DNA from: Rhodoplanes tepidamans
Lineage (GTDB): Bacteria > Pseudomonadota > Alphaproteobacteria > Rhizobiales > Xanthobacteraceae
Direction: 5' to 3'
Length of the DNA stretch: 64,000 nt
NCBI RefSeq assembly: GCF_030813915.1
Contig: NZ_JAUSUJ010000023.1
Location: forward strand, 46,823 to 110,822
Below, piece after piece: positions 62,910-64,000 of this stretch. The number at the start of each line of letters is the position of its first letter. Within the stretch, counting starts at the first letter, position 1. The position numbers and the translations under genes are program-made. The notes below the pieces were generated by a model. The model saw only the letters and a list, made by a program, of their open reading frames with translations, ran no database searches and was not told the DNA's origin.

Positions 62910-63662
62910 ATGTCGCTCTCTCTCTCCGCCCGGAGGCTTCTCTGCCTCGCGATCACCGCCGCAGGCCTCGTCGCCTGCGCGGCGGCCGACCGGGCGACCG
63001 CCCAGATCTCCGCTGCCGTCACGCGTCCGACGATGGCCCTCGCCGAACCGGGCGAGCCGTTCGGCCGTTCGCTCGTCCGCGCGCCCGACGGACGCCTGAC
63101 GGCGCGGTGGCGGACCGTGCAGGCCGAGATGGCGGCGGAGGCGCCCCGGATCGCCGCCTGCCGCGCCGCGCCGGCGGCATGCCCGGCCGAGGCCGAAGCC
63201 TTCGTCGCGCTCGTCGACGCGGCCGCCGCGCGCACCGGTGTCGAGCGGCTCGACCGCCTCAACCGCGCCGTCAACGAGACCGTCCGGTTCGTCGCGGATC
63301 TCGACCAGCACGGCGTCGCGGACCGCTGGTCGGCTCCGCTCGCCACGCTGGCGACCCGGCAGGGCGACTGCGAGGACATCGCGATCCTGAAATACGCGGT
63401 GCTGCGGGCGGCCGGCACGCCGGAGGCCGATCTGCGCCTTCTCGTCGTCCGCGACCGCTGGGTCGGCGACGTCCATGCCGTCCTGTCGGTGCGCGACGGC
63501 AGCCGCTGGTACTTGCTCGACAACCGCTGGGCGGAGCCGCGCGTCGACGCCGCCCTGCCCCGCTTCGCCCCGCTCTTCGCGCTCGGGGCCGCCGGCGTCG
63601 ACGCCTATGCGGAGCCGGACGGCCCGGCCGCGGCCGCCGTGCTGCGCACCGCGGCCCGGTGA
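62910..63662 (+). CDS. Bacterial transglutaminase-like cysteine peptidase (BTLCP)
   Basis: Signal peptide; QGDCEDIAILKYAVLRAAG catalytic Cys context; His/Asp downstream. Confidence 0.8.
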   Translation: MSLSLSARRLLCLAITAAGLVACAAADRATAQISAAVTRPTMALAEPGEPFGRSLVRAPDGRLTARWRTVQAEMAAEAPRIAACRAAPAACPAEAEAFVALVDAAAARTGVERLDRLNRAVNETVRFVADLDQHGVADRWSAPLATLATRQGDCEDIAILKYAVLRAAGTPEADLRLLVVRDRWVGDVHAVLSVRDGSRWYLLDNRWAEPRVDAALPRFAPLFALGAAGVDAYAEPDGPAAAAVLRTAAR

Positions 63663-63696
63663 GCGCCGCGACGCGGAGACACGCGCGACGGCCCGC

Positions 63697-64000
63697 TCAG
63701 GGCCGGAGCATGGCGTCGTAGGCCTGCCCGAACCCCTTGAACGAGACCGGGATGGCGACGTCCTGCTGGGCCCCGTCCTTGAACTGCAGCTTGCCGTTGT
63801 CGGCGAGCGCCCGCAGCTTCCTGATCACGTCGTCCCTGATCTCGGCCTCGGCCAGGCACGCCGCCGGCAGGCAGCGCCGATAGCCGGCGACGATGCCCGG
63901 GTCCTTGTCGTCGGCGGCGAGCTTCACGCCGCTCGGCAGCCAGACGTTGATCGGCACCTGGAACACGATCCTGATCGGATCGGTCTTGGTCAGCCGGCCG
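63697..64000 (-). CDS. Invasion-associated locus B (IalB) family protein, C-terminal part; gene continues past the window end
   Basis: GYRRCLPAACLAEAEI...QFKDGAQQDVAIPVSFKGFGQAYDAM. Confidence 0.75.
   Translation of the reverse strand, partial: GRLTKTDPIRIVFQVPINVWLPSGVKLAADDKDPGIVAGYRRCLPAACLAEAEIRDDVIRKLRALADNGKLQFKDGAQQDVAIPVSFKGFGQAYDAMLRP

Overview
High-GC (about 68-70%) alphaproteobacterial chromosome segment, probably Hyphomicrobiales/Rhizobiales-like: Tat signal peptides, Bug/TctC binding proteins, IalB, an Omp25-like porin and CIRCE-controlled groESL all point that way. Gene density is high, and I count about 60 supportable CDSs, two tRNA loci and several intergenic repeat families. 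All coordinates below were derived by hand (ORF-track arithmetic for CDS starts, manual line counting for non-coding features) and may be off by a base or a few. Main contents in order:
- HxlR/SnoaL regulator pair, Tat-FKBP, KTSC, Tat-DsrE-like protein, clpS, two TctC/Bug binding proteins flanking a PEBP gene, guaC.
- Two tandem Tyr/Gly-rich small secreted proteins, a GNAT gene, tRNA-Leu(TAA), and a cinA-like/gpt/highly acidic protein operon.
- The four-gene Anbu operon: circularly permuted ATP-grasp, alpha-E, transglutaminase-like and proteasome-type peptidase.
- A secreted caspase-like C14 peptidase with a peptidoglycan-binding domain, an SDR, a 1011-aa hybrid dCache histidine kinase with REC and Hpt domains, and a NupC transporter.
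- A DUF2283 gene with a decayed partner, and CIRCE-groESL.
- A small block between groEL and an MFS gene holding a Uma2 endonuclease, an SPFH protein and an apparently 3'-truncated tRNA-Thr-like gene, bracketed by a 40-bp direct repeat.
- A FixJ-type two-component pair divergent from a TonB-dependent receptor.
- A complete type II secretion cluster: gspO and gspD on the minus strand, gspEFGHIJKLM plus a GspC/N-like gene on the plus strand, with overlapping start/stop codons.
- Downstream of it, the least explained neighbourhood: a TIGR02466-like protein, a CopC-like protein, an 882-aa membrane/spermidine-synthase fusion, a 638-aa secreted PHP-like protein that I propose as a T2SS substrate, and a PpiD-like gene followed by three tandem HupE/UreJ membrane proteins.
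- A beta-barrel outer membrane protein, a transglutaminase-like cysteine peptidase and a partial IalB gene at the window end.
No CRISPR array, integrase or transposase was seen. Many long ORFs in the track are GC-frame artefacts overlapping real genes and are rejected.
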